DNA of 64,000 nucleotides from Phyllobates terribilis. Its lineage: Eukaryota. The stretch lies in contig NW_027362768.1 of assembly GCF_046119375.1 (NCBI RefSeq), positions 89,900,001 to 89,964,000 on the forward strand, in the 5' to 3' direction. The notes beneath the pieces were generated by a model. That model worked only from the letters and a program-made list of their open reading frames with translations, made no database searches and had not been told where the DNA came from. The translations under genes were made by a program, and so were the position numbers. Every line of letters starts with the position of its first letter. The stretch's first letter is position 1. Shown here piece after piece: positions 23,287 through 35,545 of this stretch.

Positions 23287-25062
23287 TGATCTACTAACAC
23301 CTTAATCTAATGGTCACTACTCCCTGCTGTTTCTCCTGGATCTCTCTGCTGCTTTTGACACTGTGGATCACCAGCTCCTCCTCACTATTTTCCGCTCTGT
23401 AGGCCTCAAGGACACTGTTCTCTCCTGGTTCTCCTTCTCTCTCTCTGACCGCTCCTTCACGGTATCTTTTGCCGGCTCTTCTTCCTCTAACCTTTTCCTT
23501 ACTATTGGGGTTCCACAAGACTCAGTCTTAGGTCCCCTCCTCTTCTTGTATAGTGCCCCTATTGGGCAAGCCATCAGGAGATTTGGTTTCCAGTATCATC
23601 TCTATGAAGATGACACCAAACTATACACCTCTTCACCTGACATCACCCCCACTCTAATACAAAATACTAATGATTGTCTGTCCGCTGTCTCGAACATCAT
23701 GTCCTCCTTCTATCTGAAACTGAATCTCTCCAAAACTGAACTCCTTATTTTTCCTCCCTCTACTAACCTACCTATACCTGACTTTTCAATTTCCTTGGGT
23801 GGTGCCACCTTAACTCCCAAGCAGCAAGCTCGCTGTCTTGGAGTCATATTTGACACACAACTTTCCTTTATTCCCCATATTCAATCACTCGCTCTTGTCA
23901 CACCTGCACCTTAAAAACATCTCCAGAATCCGACCTTTTCTCACCTTTGATACTGCAAAAACTCTTACTGCTACTCTTATTCACTCTCGTCTGGACTACT
24001 GCAACTCTCTTCTAATCGGTCTCCCTCTAAACAAACTCTCCCCTCTCCCATCCATCCTAAACGCAGCAGCCAGGGTCTTCTATCATTCCGCTTCACCGAC
24101 GCCTCTACCCTGTGCCAGTCATGGCACTGGTTACTAGTGATGAGCGAGTATGTTTTATTAACCCTTTCGCTGAATATACTCTGGCGAGCACTGAGTAGTT
24201 ACAGCTGCTCGGTGATATGTTTGAATCACTCCCGTGTGTGTTATTTGCGACTGTTTGACAGCTTTAATACATGTGAGGATTGTCTATTTCTTACACATTC
24301 CTCACATGTATTAAAGCTGTCAAATCATGCACACAGGAGTGATTCAAACATAACACCGAGCAGCTATAAATACTCGGTGCTCGCCCGAGCATACTCGGCG
24401 AAAGGGTTAACAGAACATACTCGCTCATCACTACTGGTTACCCATTCACCACATAATACAATACAAACTCATCTCTCTCACCCACAAAGCTCTCCACAGT
24501 TCTGCACCAGCCTATATCTCATCCCTCATTTCTGTCTATTGCCCCTCTCGTGCCCTTCGTTCTGCAACTGATCTAAAACTAACATCATCCTTAATCTGAA
24601 CCTCACACCTCTGTCTCCAAGACTTCTCTCGTGCCGTGCCAGTTTTCTGAAATGCACTACCCCAAACGATCCAACTGATATCTAGCCCCATGTGTTCATA
24701 TGTGCTTTAAAAACACATCTGTTTAGACAAGCCTACCACCTCAACTCGCCAACCTAACTCTCCCCTGTTCCCTCCTAAATGTTAATCTTAATCTGCCCCT
24801 GCGTATTCATCTGTCTCTACATCCTCCATGCACCAAATACCACACGGTAACTGCACTTAGACAGATACTGGCTGATGACTATGTTCTACCTATTGTGTCA
24901 CCCCATTTCCATATAGATTGTAAGCTTGCGAGCAGGACCCTCAATACTCCTGTAACTGCTGAAATGTGATACATTGTATTGTTTATATTGTCTGTATATG
25001 TCCCTACTTAATTGTAAAGTGTTACTTAATATGTTGGCGCTATATAAATAAAAATGACTATT
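23287..25062 (+). mobile_element. L2-type LINE, 3' part with intact 3' end
   Basis: [49 protein letters not shown]; 3' tail TAGATTGTAAGCT...TTGGCGCTATATAAATAAA. Confidence 0.88.
24135..24433. mobile_element. 299-bp hAT-type MITE inserted in the L2
   Basis: TIRs TAGTGATGAGCGAGTATG / CATACTCGCTCATCACTA; perfect 8-bp TSD CTGGTTAC at 24127-24134 and 24434-24441. Confidence 0.93.
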
Positions 25063-25239
25063 AAGACACAGCCCCAAATGTGAATTGTTGGGCATTTCAT
25101 ATAAAACGTTTTATGCAAAAATATATGAAGGTGTCCGGGATTTAAGTGCTGTTCACGTGGCAAGGGTCTACTTTTATATTCAATCTGTTTTATCAAACCT
25201 CAATTAAGCATTAATTAATAATCCTTTTTCATTTTGAAA

Positions 25240-25760
25240 ATCATGAAAAATATATTGTATTCGACTTTGAAGAAAATATAACAAAATAGAAAATATAGAA
25301 AAATGTCCCAAGTTCAAATGGGGTCACTTGTTTCAAATAACCATTCAAATGTTAGTGTATTGAGCAATATAATGTTTGTAAGATAACTGTCTATAAGAGG
25401 ATCATTTATGTTGAGGAGAATTCTTTATTGTATCTGAAAATCCCATATAAGAAGAAAAGGATGGAGAAAAGAGTAAAGAAAAGAAAAGGCAAAGGGTCCT
25501 GGGGGAGGGGGGAGATCCTTATGCCTGTGGCTAATTATGAACACAATCACATGTATCTGAGAAACTATTAGAATAGGTTATGAAAATCAGGTCCTGGAAC
25601 AGAATCCATCCGCTCCACACCCTTCTAAATTTATCACTGGTTCCATTACATTCTGCAGACAACTCTTCCATTCTACATAGAGTCACCATTACCTTGTACC
25701 AATCTAGTATGTTAGTTTTTTTTTTTTTAAGTTTCAAAAACCGTGGAATTCAAGGGTCTA
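25240..25760 (-). mobile_element. Probable L1/Tx1 LINE 3' fragment
   Basis: Minus-strand WYKVMVTLCRMEELS...DKFRRVWSGW resembles the conserved C-terminus of fish/amphibian L1 ORF2. Recognised by eye only. Confidence 0.5.
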
Positions 25761-26727
25761 CTTTTAAGAGCTGTATGGGTGTGGAGTATAATGTTAACTT
25801 TTTTGTGATTTCCTTGTATTTTTATAAAATATTCACCATCGGTCTTGCCAGAGGAAGTGGCAATACTTGCCAAAAATTGGCATGTGGCTGCATGGTTTAA
25901 TTCTGCGTGGATTGTCATTTAGCCACATGCATGAACACCCACAATGTGAAACCTTATATAAATGCTTTCTCTTAAATATATTTGTATGGCGAGTCACTGC
26001 CAGGAATATCCGGGCAACTTGGGGTGTGTGTATCATAGTTAGTGCAGTATACACACCCCAGTTGTGCTATATATGTATATATATATTACTGCAGCCCCCC
26101 ATCTACCTATCACACTCTGCACTTCTTTTATGAATGGACAACTTGCTTCCATTTCATTCACTCTATTTTCTTCTCCTTCTGCCTCTGTCTTGATTCCTTG
26201 CTCTCTTCCTGTATTTTATTCCTTTATGCTCTGCAATGGTTCCATTGATGCATCGGCACAGCATCTCATAACCAGCTAGAGCCAGTACCATCTATGCCTA
26301 GTGAGAGGACACTATGAATGTTCTTCTAAATAAGTTAATATATTATAAGTATACAGTAAAGAGGCTGGATTGTCATCTCTTATACTATAGTTAAGCGACA
26401 GGAACTGTATAGTCATCATCAGTAATTGTGATAGCTGTATCTGTTCTCCCCCAATTCCCGAGTGATTATGATGTTGACCCCCTTCAGAGAACATAAAGAC
26501 ATAAGTATACCACACATTTTCAGGTAGAAAGGAACAAATACATCAGATAAGACTAGCTGAATTATATATATTGGGGGACTAGTGACAGAATAACTATTAA
26601 AAACTTTAGAGTTACTTTGATTAAATAAAAGGTTATATACATGTGCTTGGTTGATGTGATAAGGATGTGTGGAACTCTGTAGTAGACTGGCTATACTTTT
26701 CATTATAGTAGTTTTTCTTTATTCCAG

Positions 26728-26889
26728 GTCAGAAAAAGAAGAGAAAAGACAAGAAGAAGCCGCAGAAAGCAAATGACAAGATAGAGCCGGAGATCACACA
26801 TGTAGTTGACAAGAGCTACTTGTGCTGTGAACATCACAAAGCAATGATTTCTGGACTGTCGCTCCTTCACAATCCCGGAGTAGCCCCAG
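26728..26889 (+). CDS. METTL13: METTL13 exon 5
   Basis: attccag|GTCAG...CCAG|gtatag, 162 nt; QKKKRKDKKK (basic, NLS-like) and DKSYLCCEHHKAMISGL. Confidence 0.96.
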
Positions 26890-26980
26890 GTATAGTTTAG
26901 AGATCTAAGATAATTAGTTTAGCCCTGTATAATACTCCGATCTGTCGTATAGAGTGGTCATGTTGTCTCTTCTTTTGCAG

Positions 26981-27193
26981 AGCAGCACCTCTCAGTATTG
27001 GTGGTCGGGCTGGGTGGAGGCAGTCTGTCCCTCTTTATCCATGACTATTTCTTGGGTTCACTAGTTGAAGCTGTTGAGATAGACTCTGCTGTGCTGGATG
27101 TTGCGAGCCGCTGGTTTGGCTTCACTCTAGATGATCGTTTAAAGGTTCATCTCTCCGATGGTCTGGCTCATATAAACGAACTGGCAGAAAAAG
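26981..27193 (+). CDS. METTL13: METTL13 exon 6
   Basis: tttgcag|AGCAG...AAAAG|gtacac, 213 nt; VLVVGLGGGSL and VEID motifs of the C-terminal methyltransferase domain. Confidence 0.96.
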
Positions 27194-30100
27194 GTACACT
27201 TTTTTTTTTTTTTTTCTACCCTGAACTTGGTTTAAGCCTAAGTGGAAACCTCTTTTCTCTATCGCTTCATTGGGGGACACAGGACCATGGGTGTATGCTG
27301 CTGTCGCTAGGAGGTTGACACTAGGCAAAAAAAGGAAAATAGCTCCTCCTCCGCAGTATGCACCCGCCTACAGGCACCAAGCTCACCATTTTAAGCTTAG
27401 TGTCTGTAGGAGGTAGACCTGGATCTTCACAGATCCAACCTGTTGTGTTTATTAATCCTTGTTTTTTCTCTTTCAGATACAGCTCTTCAGGCTAACAGGG
27501 AACATTGCGTCCCCTGTTAACCCACTAGCGACCGAGAGAGCAATGTGGCTACCCCCACATCGCCCACTCTCGGACCCGCTGGGCAGGACTTATCCCCTGT
27601 CACCTTAGGGTGTCTCAGGGTGATTTCGGTGGCCAGTCCTAGCCTGTTCCCCACCCCAGCCCCCTCCTCGGAGCGGCCTGGGAGGGAGACGGTGGTCCCT
27701 GCGGGTGACCTTCCCCCAGTTTTCTGGGGTTGACACAGTCTCCTGCACTGTCTAGGACCGGACAGTGAGGAAAAGCCAGGATCCCCCCCTATCCAGGAAG
27801 GCATCCTGAGACCATCCTCAACAGGAGAAAGGAACAGACGATTCCGCTAAGACTGGTACTTCCCTGTCTTTCAGTGTAGATCCCAGTCCCCCCGGCGTTA
27901 TCTGCCCCCCTCCCCCTCTCATCAAACATGGCGCTTACAGCGCTACCCTGGGCCACTTCCTCCCTCTTCTTCACTTTGTATGCTCGGCAGATGGCGCACT
28001 TTTTTCCGTCGGGGGGCGTGTCCGGTGGGCGGTACTTCCTCCTTCTTCATTATGTATGTGAGGCAAATCTGCCGCACTTTTCTCCGTCGGGGGGCGTGTC
28101 CGGTGGGGGGTACCGCTCTGACGGCTATACGCCCCCTCCTATTTAACCAACCAGGGCCGAGGAGCATAGTGACGCTTCCGTCACGCCCTCCGCAGACCTA
28201 TCTAGGGGGCCTTTCAAGCCACGCCTCACTTCCCATCCACCTATCGGAGCCTCGACTTGCTCCGTCATCAACGCAGTGTCCCCTGCTCCTCCCCCTACAC
28301 CGACGCCATCACTCTGCCGCATGCAGCTCCCTACTCCATCGGCACCTACTGTGACCCGCTCCAGCCTAACCTTCGGAGTTTTTCAGGGGGACACGGGACC
28401 GCTTCCCTGCAGGATCGGGTAGGCTCTGTCCTGACACCGACCCACACCCTTTCCTGCCCACAGCGCCCTCCCCTGCAGTATCCCTGGTCAGGCACATATG
28501 CCCAAACCCAGGGAGCTCTCAGTCCGTCCCTCTCACATCGTCACCTACTACGGCTGTGCTCTTTGCGGTACTAAGTGGCCCGTGGGTCTCACTACAGCCT
28601 TCTGCTCGACCTGCAACCCCCCCACCATGCTGGCACCCCAAGATCCCCCCGCTGCTCAGGACGTGGAAATCCCCTCCCCTCCGGAGTGGGCTGTTGCTAT
28701 GTCACAGTCTGTCTCTGACCTCACCAAGGTTTCTCAATCTCTGGTGCAGGTCTTAGAAGGCTTGCCAGAACGTTTGCCTATGTTATCCACGGCCACCAGC
28801 GCTCCAAACGTCCCCACAGACGATTCGCACGCACCCCTGCCCCCTCCTCTCAGGGGTAGACTGACCGCATGTTCTCAGAAACGGACTCACGCAAGCTCAT
28901 CCTCCAGCTCTCCAGACACCAAGATGCTTCCCTCGTCTCACACCTCTTCCCCGGAGGTCGTCCCGGGATCTAACTCTGCTTCAGATTCAGACTCTGGTTC
29001 TGACACAGACCAGTATTCCAAGATACAGGACATGATAGACAGCCTTATAACGGCTGTCAATCAGACTCTGCATGTTACGGAAGACGAGAGCCCTTCCCGG
29101 GACTACTCCGTTTCCTTGAAAAAGATTAAGCGTCCTGCACGCACTTTTTCTAACCATGCAGAATTTGACAGTGTCTTTCAGAAGCAGTTGGAGCATCCAG
29201 AAAAGCGCTTTACAGGAAAGAAACAGTTAACCCCTTAACCCCCGAGGGTGGTTTGCACGTTAATGACCAGGCCAATTTTTACAATTCTGACCACTGTCAC
29301 TTTATGAGGTAATTACTCTGGAACGCTTCAACGGATCGCCCTGATTCTGAGATTGTTTTTTCGAGACATATTGTACTTCATGATTGTGGTAAAATTTCTT
29401 CGATATCACTTGCGTTTATTTGTGAAAAAAATGGAAATTTGGCGAAAACTTTACAATTTTCAAAATTTGAATTTTTATGCCCTTAAATCAGAGAGATATG
29501 TCACACAAAAGAGTTAATAAATAACATTTCCCACATGTCTACTTTACATCAGCACAATTTTGGAACCCAAATTTTTTTTTGTTAGGGAGCTATAAGGGTT
29601 AAAAGTTGACCAGCGATTTCTCATTTTTCCAACAAAATTTACAAAACAATTTTTTTAGGGTCCACATCACATTTGAAGTCACTTTGAGAGGTCTTTATGA
29701 CAGAAAATACCCAAAAGTGACACCATTCTAAAAACTGCACCCCTCAAGGTGCTCAAAACCACATTCAATAAGTTTATTAACCCTTCAGGTGCTTCACAGG
29801 AATTTTTGGAATGTGGAAGAAAAAAATGAACATTTAACTTTTTTCACAAAAATGTTACTTTAGACCCAATTTTTTTTATTTTCACAGGGGTAACAAGAAA
29901 AAATGGACCCCAAAATTTGTTGTGCAATTTCCCCTGGGCACGCAGATACCCCATATGTGGGGAAAAAACACTGTTTGGGCGCACGGCAGGGCTCGGAAGG
30001 GAAGGAGCGCCATTTGACTTTTTGATTGTAAAATTTGCTTGAATAATTAGCGGACGCCATGTTGCGTTTGGAGTGCCCCTGTGTGCCCAAACATTGTAGC

Positions 30101-30616
30101 TCCCCCACAAGTGACCCCATTTTGGAAACTAGACCCCCCAAGGCACCTATCTAGATGCATAGTGAGCACTTGGAACCCCCAGGTGCTTTACAAATTGATT
30201 CGTAAAAATGAAAGTGTTTTTTTTTCACTTTTTCATTATTACGAATCAATTTGTGAAGCACCTGGGGGTTCCAAGTGCTCACTATGCATCTAGATAGGTG
30301 CCTTTGGGGGTCTAGTTTCCAAAATGGGGTCACTTGTGGGGGAGCTCCAATGTTTGGGCACACAGGGACTCTTCAAATGCAACATGGCGTCCGCTAACAA
30401 TTTGAGCCGATTTTTCCATTCAATTTGTTAGCGGACACCATATCGCGTTTGGAGAGCCCCTGATGTGCCTAAACAGTGGAGCTCCCCCACAAGTGACCCC
30501 ATTTTGGAAACTATACCCCTCAAGGATTTTATTAAGGTGTATAGTGAACATTTTGAACCCAGAGGTACGACACAGAATTTAATAACATTAGGTCATCATA
30601 TTGAATAAGTTGTCAT

Positions 30617-30916
30617 TAGTCTTGAGCGCAAGTGCTCGCTACTTGAGTTTGCATCAGGTACACGGGTATGCACCATGTATCACGGGTGCTCGAGTGACAT
30701 GCTCGAGTCCCTGCTCGCATGTTTCATGGTTATTAGACACCCAAAAAAAAACATGCGGGGATCGCTCGTGCATGGCAGGCAATCCCCGCAAAGTTTTTTT
30801 GGCTGCGAAGCATATGGGGCGGAGACTCGAGCATGTCACTCAAATACCCACGATACTCAATGCATACCAGAGCACAAGATGCAAACTCAAGTAGCGAGCA
30901 CTTGCGCTCAACACTA
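30617..30916. mobile_element. hAT-type MITE nested in TTAA element copy 2
   Basis: Same MITE at the homologous position to 21476-21767; TSD GTTGTCAT / GTCGCCAT. Confidence 0.85.
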
Positions 30917-31884
30917 GTCGCCATATCGTCATCTTTTTTTCTTACTTTTGAAAAAAATCCCAACCCCATCACAACCCTAACCCCAAACCCAGCCCTAACC
31001 CTAACCTGAGAGTTTATTTTTTACGCCGTTCCTCATGTGGTATAAGTGATTAGACGACTTTATTCTTCGGGTCGGTGCGATTACAGCAATACCAGAATCA
31101 TATGGGGTTTTTATGATTGACAGCTGTCACACACTAAAAGACACATTTTTTGTAAAATCTAGATTTTGCATCGCCATATTTTGAGAGCTATAATTTTTCC
31201 AGATTTTGGCAGACAGTTATGTGACGGCTTGTTTTTTGTGTGATGAGTTGACGTTGTTATTGGTGCCATTTTCAGGCACGTGACATTTTTTGATCGCTTT
31301 CTATTCCGATTTTTGGGAGGCAGAATAAACAAAAACCAACAATTCAGGAATTGTTTTTTTTATTTTTTATTCTGTTCCGCGTGTGGTAAAATTGATAAGG
31401 TAGCTTTATTCTTCGGGTCAGTACGTTTACAGCGGTACCACATTTATATTGTTTTTCTATGTTTTGCACTTTTACATAATAAAAGCAATTTTATAGAAAA
31501 AAATATTTTTTAGCATAGCTTTATTCTGAGAGCTATAACTTTTTTATTTTTCGGCTGATGGAGCTGTATGGCGGCTTGTTTTTTGCGGGACGAGATGACG
31601 TTTTCAGCGGTACCATTTTTATTTATATTTGTCTTTTTGATCGCGTGTTATTCCATTTTTTGTTTGGCGGTATGGTGATAAAGCATTGTTTTTTGCTTTG
31701 TTTTTTATTTATTTTTTTTACCGTGTTCACTGAAGGGGTTAACTAGTGGGACAGTTTTATAGGTCAGGTTGTTCCGGACGCGGCGATACCAAATATCTGT
31801 ACTTTTATTGTTTTTTTTTTGTTTGTTTGTTTTTTTTTTAATAATATTTATTGATGGGTACATTATATTTTTATTTTTGGTGGA

Positions 31885-31890
31885 ATATAT

Positions 31891-31958
<68 letters not shown>
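31885..31958. repeat. (TA)n microsatellite
   Basis: Read directly; not present at the homologous site of copy 1. Confidence 0.95.
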
Positions 31959-31961
<3 letters not shown>

Positions 31962-33324
31962 TTTGTCACTTTCTGATAGTTTTTATACTTTATTACTTTG
32001 TCCCACTATGGGACTTTCACTTTTTTTTTCTCTGATCGCCTGCATGGCACAGGAATGCAGCACCATCCCTGTGCCATGCAGGCTGTCAGCGCTGGACAGG
32101 GAGAAGATTGTTTGGAGATGCACTGCGCATGTCCAAATAATCTTCCTGCTGTCTGGTGACCCGGATGTTGTCATGACGACATCGGGTCGTCATGGCAACA
32201 TCCTGGAACCCGCGGCAGACATCGCTGGAGGCCGGAAGAGGAGGTGAGCATCGGCGATCACCTCCCCTTGCCACCGCAATGCTGCGATCGACTGCGATCG
32301 ACTTCGATCGCAGCATTGCGGGGGTTAATGTGCTGGGAGCGGTGCGAGACCGCTCCCTGCACATAGCCCTGGGTGTCAGCTGTGACAATCAGCTGACACC
32401 CAGCGGCGATCGCGCCCGCACAGCCTGTGTGCGGGCAAAATCGCCAGGGCGTACTAATACGTATCAGGTCCATAAGGCCCAGGGCACAGATACGTACTAA
32501 TACTCCCTTGGTCGTAAAGGGGTTAAACGTCCTATACCCCTTTAACCATGACCTTGTCAGCAAATGGACGGAGTCCCCGTCTGTGGACCCTCCCGTCTCT
32601 TGCCTTTCCGCCAAGACGGTACGGTCTCTTCCGGACGGTTCCTCCCTTGGGGATACCACGGATAGACAGGTTCAGGCCCTCCCTAAGTCAGCCTTTGAGG
32701 CTGCGGGCACCTCCCTTTGCCCTTCCTTCACCTCAACTTGGGTATCAAAAGCGGTGTCCGCATGGGCCAAACAGCTCAGACAGGGCATCCTAGCAAGGGC
32801 CTCCCCGGACGATATGGCCGACTTAGCTGATCAAATCGGCCACGCTGGAAAATATCTACTTGCGGCGTCCCTCGACTCCGCTGCATGCTCAGCCCGGGTT
32901 TCCAGTAATCTCGTTGCCTTACGTAGAATTCTTTGGCTTAAAGCCTGGAACGCCGACCCGGCTTCCAAAAGATCTCTAACTAATCTTCCTTTTCAAGGTT
33001 CCAGGCTGTTTGGATCCAAGCTAGACCAGATAATCTCTGATGCTACTGGGGGTAAGAGTACCTCTCTCCCCCAGCCCAGACCCAAATGCCCTTTTCCTAG
33101 GAGACGTCCCCTTCAGTTCCGGTCCTTTCGTCAGTTCGCTGAACCGAACCCCTCCTCTCAACAGGACCGTACTCCAGCACAGCGGGACTGTCGTAAGCCC
33201 TCCTTTAGGCCCACGCCTAACTGGCGCCTAAAGAGTCGCTCCTCCGAGTCCTCTGGATCACGATCTCGATCCAACAGGTTTTCCTCAGCATGACTGGTCA
33301 CTCCCACCTGGGACTTCTCCCAGG

Positions 33325-34520
33325 GTGGGCGGCCGTTTCCTTCTGTTCACAGATTCTTGGCTCTTGGCAATAGAAGATGCCTCAGTCAAAGAAATTGTGA
33401 CTTCCGGCTACAAAATCGAGTTCGATTCCAGCCCACGATCACGTTTTCTCAAGTCCCGCCCCCCACAACCATCTCTGCTTCCTGGTTTCCTTCAAGCAAT
33501 CACCTCTCTTCTGCGCTCAGGAGTCATAGTCCCGGTTCCCTTTCAGGAAAGGTTTTCCGGTTTTTACTCAAATCTTTTCGTCGTCCCAAAAAAGGACTGC
33601 TCACTGCGTCCGATTCTGGACCTCAAACAGCTAAAACAACATGTACGCATCCCACAGTTCAGGATGGAGTCCCTCAGGTCGGTAATAGCCTCGATGGAAA
33701 CCGAGGAATATCTATGTTCCGTGGACATTCAGGATGCATACCTTCACATCCCAATCTGCTCGTCACATCAGAAGTTCCTTCGCTTTTCCTTCAGGAATGC
33801 GCATTACCACTTCACTGCCCTCCCCTTCGGCCTCAACAACACACGGTCCAGGGCCGGTGGAGTCCCCACGAAGTCTCCCTTCCCATCAACATTCTGGAGA
33901 GAAGGGCGATTTACCTGGCGTTGCGTCACTGGCAGAAGATCCTGGCAGGGTTCCCAGTCCGTGTACAATCGGACAATGCCACGGCCGTGGCATACATAAA
34001 CCATCTGGGAGGAACGCGCAGCAAGCCCGTTTTAAAAGAGGTGACAAGAGTGCTACTTTGGGCCGAGAAGACGGTCCCGGCAATCTCAGCACTCAACATT
34101 CCAGGGGTCGATAATTGGGCGGCCGACTTCCTCAGTCGGCAGGGCCTCACCTCAGGAGAATGGGCTCTCCATCCCGAGGTGTTTCACCAAATCTGCTTAC
34201 GGTGGGGCACGCCGGACGTCGACCTCATGGCGTCCCGGTTAAACCACAAGGTTCCGTCCTTTGTAGTTCGGTCCCGCGATCATGGTCACAGTTCCAACTG
34301 CCCTATCTCTTTCCACCTCTACCTTTGATCCATCAAAAAGGTCAAGACAGAGGGAGTACCAGTTCTCCTAGTAGCCCCAGATTGGCCCAGACGAGTCTGG
34401 TACGCAGATCTGGTAAATCTGCTTGTCGACTCCCCCTGGAGACTACCAGACCGCCCGGACCCCCTCTCTCAGGGTCCTATTCTTCTTCAGAGTTCTCGTT
34501 CTCCGAATTTAATGGTATGG
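33325..34520 (+). pseudogene. DIRS pol (RT, RNase H, methyltransferase-like), internally deleted
   Basis: LRPILDLK and SVDIQDAY..FTALPFGL (RT) jump near 33836 to INILE..VQSDNATAVAYINHLGGTRS (RNase H), so the YLDD core is missing. Followed by DLMAS and YLFPP (MT domain). Confidence 0.88.
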
Positions 34521-35545
34521 CCGTTGAGGCCGTGGTGTTGAAGACGGCGGGCTTTTTCTGACCATGTCATTCAGACCCTAATTAACGCCAGAAAACCCGC
34601 TACCTTGCGCATATACCACAGAACTTGGAGAGCCTTTTTTCATCACTGTGAACAGGATCAGCTAACTCCTTTTCTTTGCCAGTCATTTTGTTTTTTCTTC
34701 AGTCTGGTCTAGAGGTGGGACTCTCTCTCAGCACTCTCTAGGGCCAAGTTTCGGCCTTGTCCATTCTATTCCAACGTAACTTAGCTGGCCGTCCTCAGGT
34801 CAGGATGTTTCTACAAGGGGTGGCCCATCTAGCGCCCCCCTGTCGCCCTCCAGTGGAACCATGGGACCTTAATATGGTCCTAAGTGTTCTACAACAGCCT
34901 CCGTTTGAACCCATTCAGGACGTCCCAGCCTCTTTCCTTGAAGGTGGCTTTTCTGGTGGCTGTTACCTCTATTAGAAGGGTCGCAGAACTCGCAGCCCTC
35001 TCTTTTCTGTCGCCTTTTCTGGTATTCCATCAAGACAAAGTAGTGCTCAGGCCGGTGCCTTCCTTTTTGCCAAAGGTGGTTTCCGCTTTTCACATTAATG
35101 AGGACATCGTTTTGCCTTCCTTTTGCCCTGCTCCAGTGCATCCACGGGAGAAGTCCCTGCACAGACTGGACCTGGTCAGAGCTCTACGTGTGTACCTTTC
35201 TAGAACAGCCTCCCTTCGGCGCTCGGATGCCCTTTTTGTCATCCCTGAGGGGCACCGCAAGGGTCTCCCTGTTTCCAAGTCAACCATCGCCCGTTGGATA
35301 CGTTCGACCATTTTGGAGGCACATCGCATCTCGGGCAAACCTCCCCCTTCCGGAGTAAGGGCTCACTCCACCAGGGCGGTGGGGGCCTCTTGGGTGGCCC
35401 TCCATCAGGCTTCGGCCTCTCAAATCTGTAAGGCCGCAACGTGGTCTTCTCTTCACACCTTTTCAAGGTTTTACAAGGTCCACACTTATTCTTCGGCTGA
35501 TGTCAGTCTTGGACGGAAGGTCCTGCAGGCGGCAGTTGCCCTAGT
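34520..35545 (+). pseudogene. DIRS tyrosine recombinase (frameshifted N-terminus)
   Basis: Catalytic-type motifs TSIRRVAEL (R), AHSTR (HxxR) and WSSLHTFSRFY (W, Y) in ORF 34884-35774. Confidence 0.9.

Larger units (their letters stand above)
29231..32522 (+). mobile_element. 3292-bp non-autonomous piggyBac-like element, copy 2, complete
   Basis: TTAA TSDs at 29227-29230 and 32523-32526; CCCCTT...AAGGGG termini; imperfect TIR of about 20 bp; no transposase ORF. Confidence 0.9.
28498..33293 (+). pseudogene. DIRS gag-like ORF1, interrupted by the TTAA element
   Basis: 28498-29230 plus 32527-33293 totals 1500 nt and joins in frame as ...GKKQ-LNVLYPF...; N-terminal C-x2-C-x12-C-x2-C motif. Confidence 0.85.
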
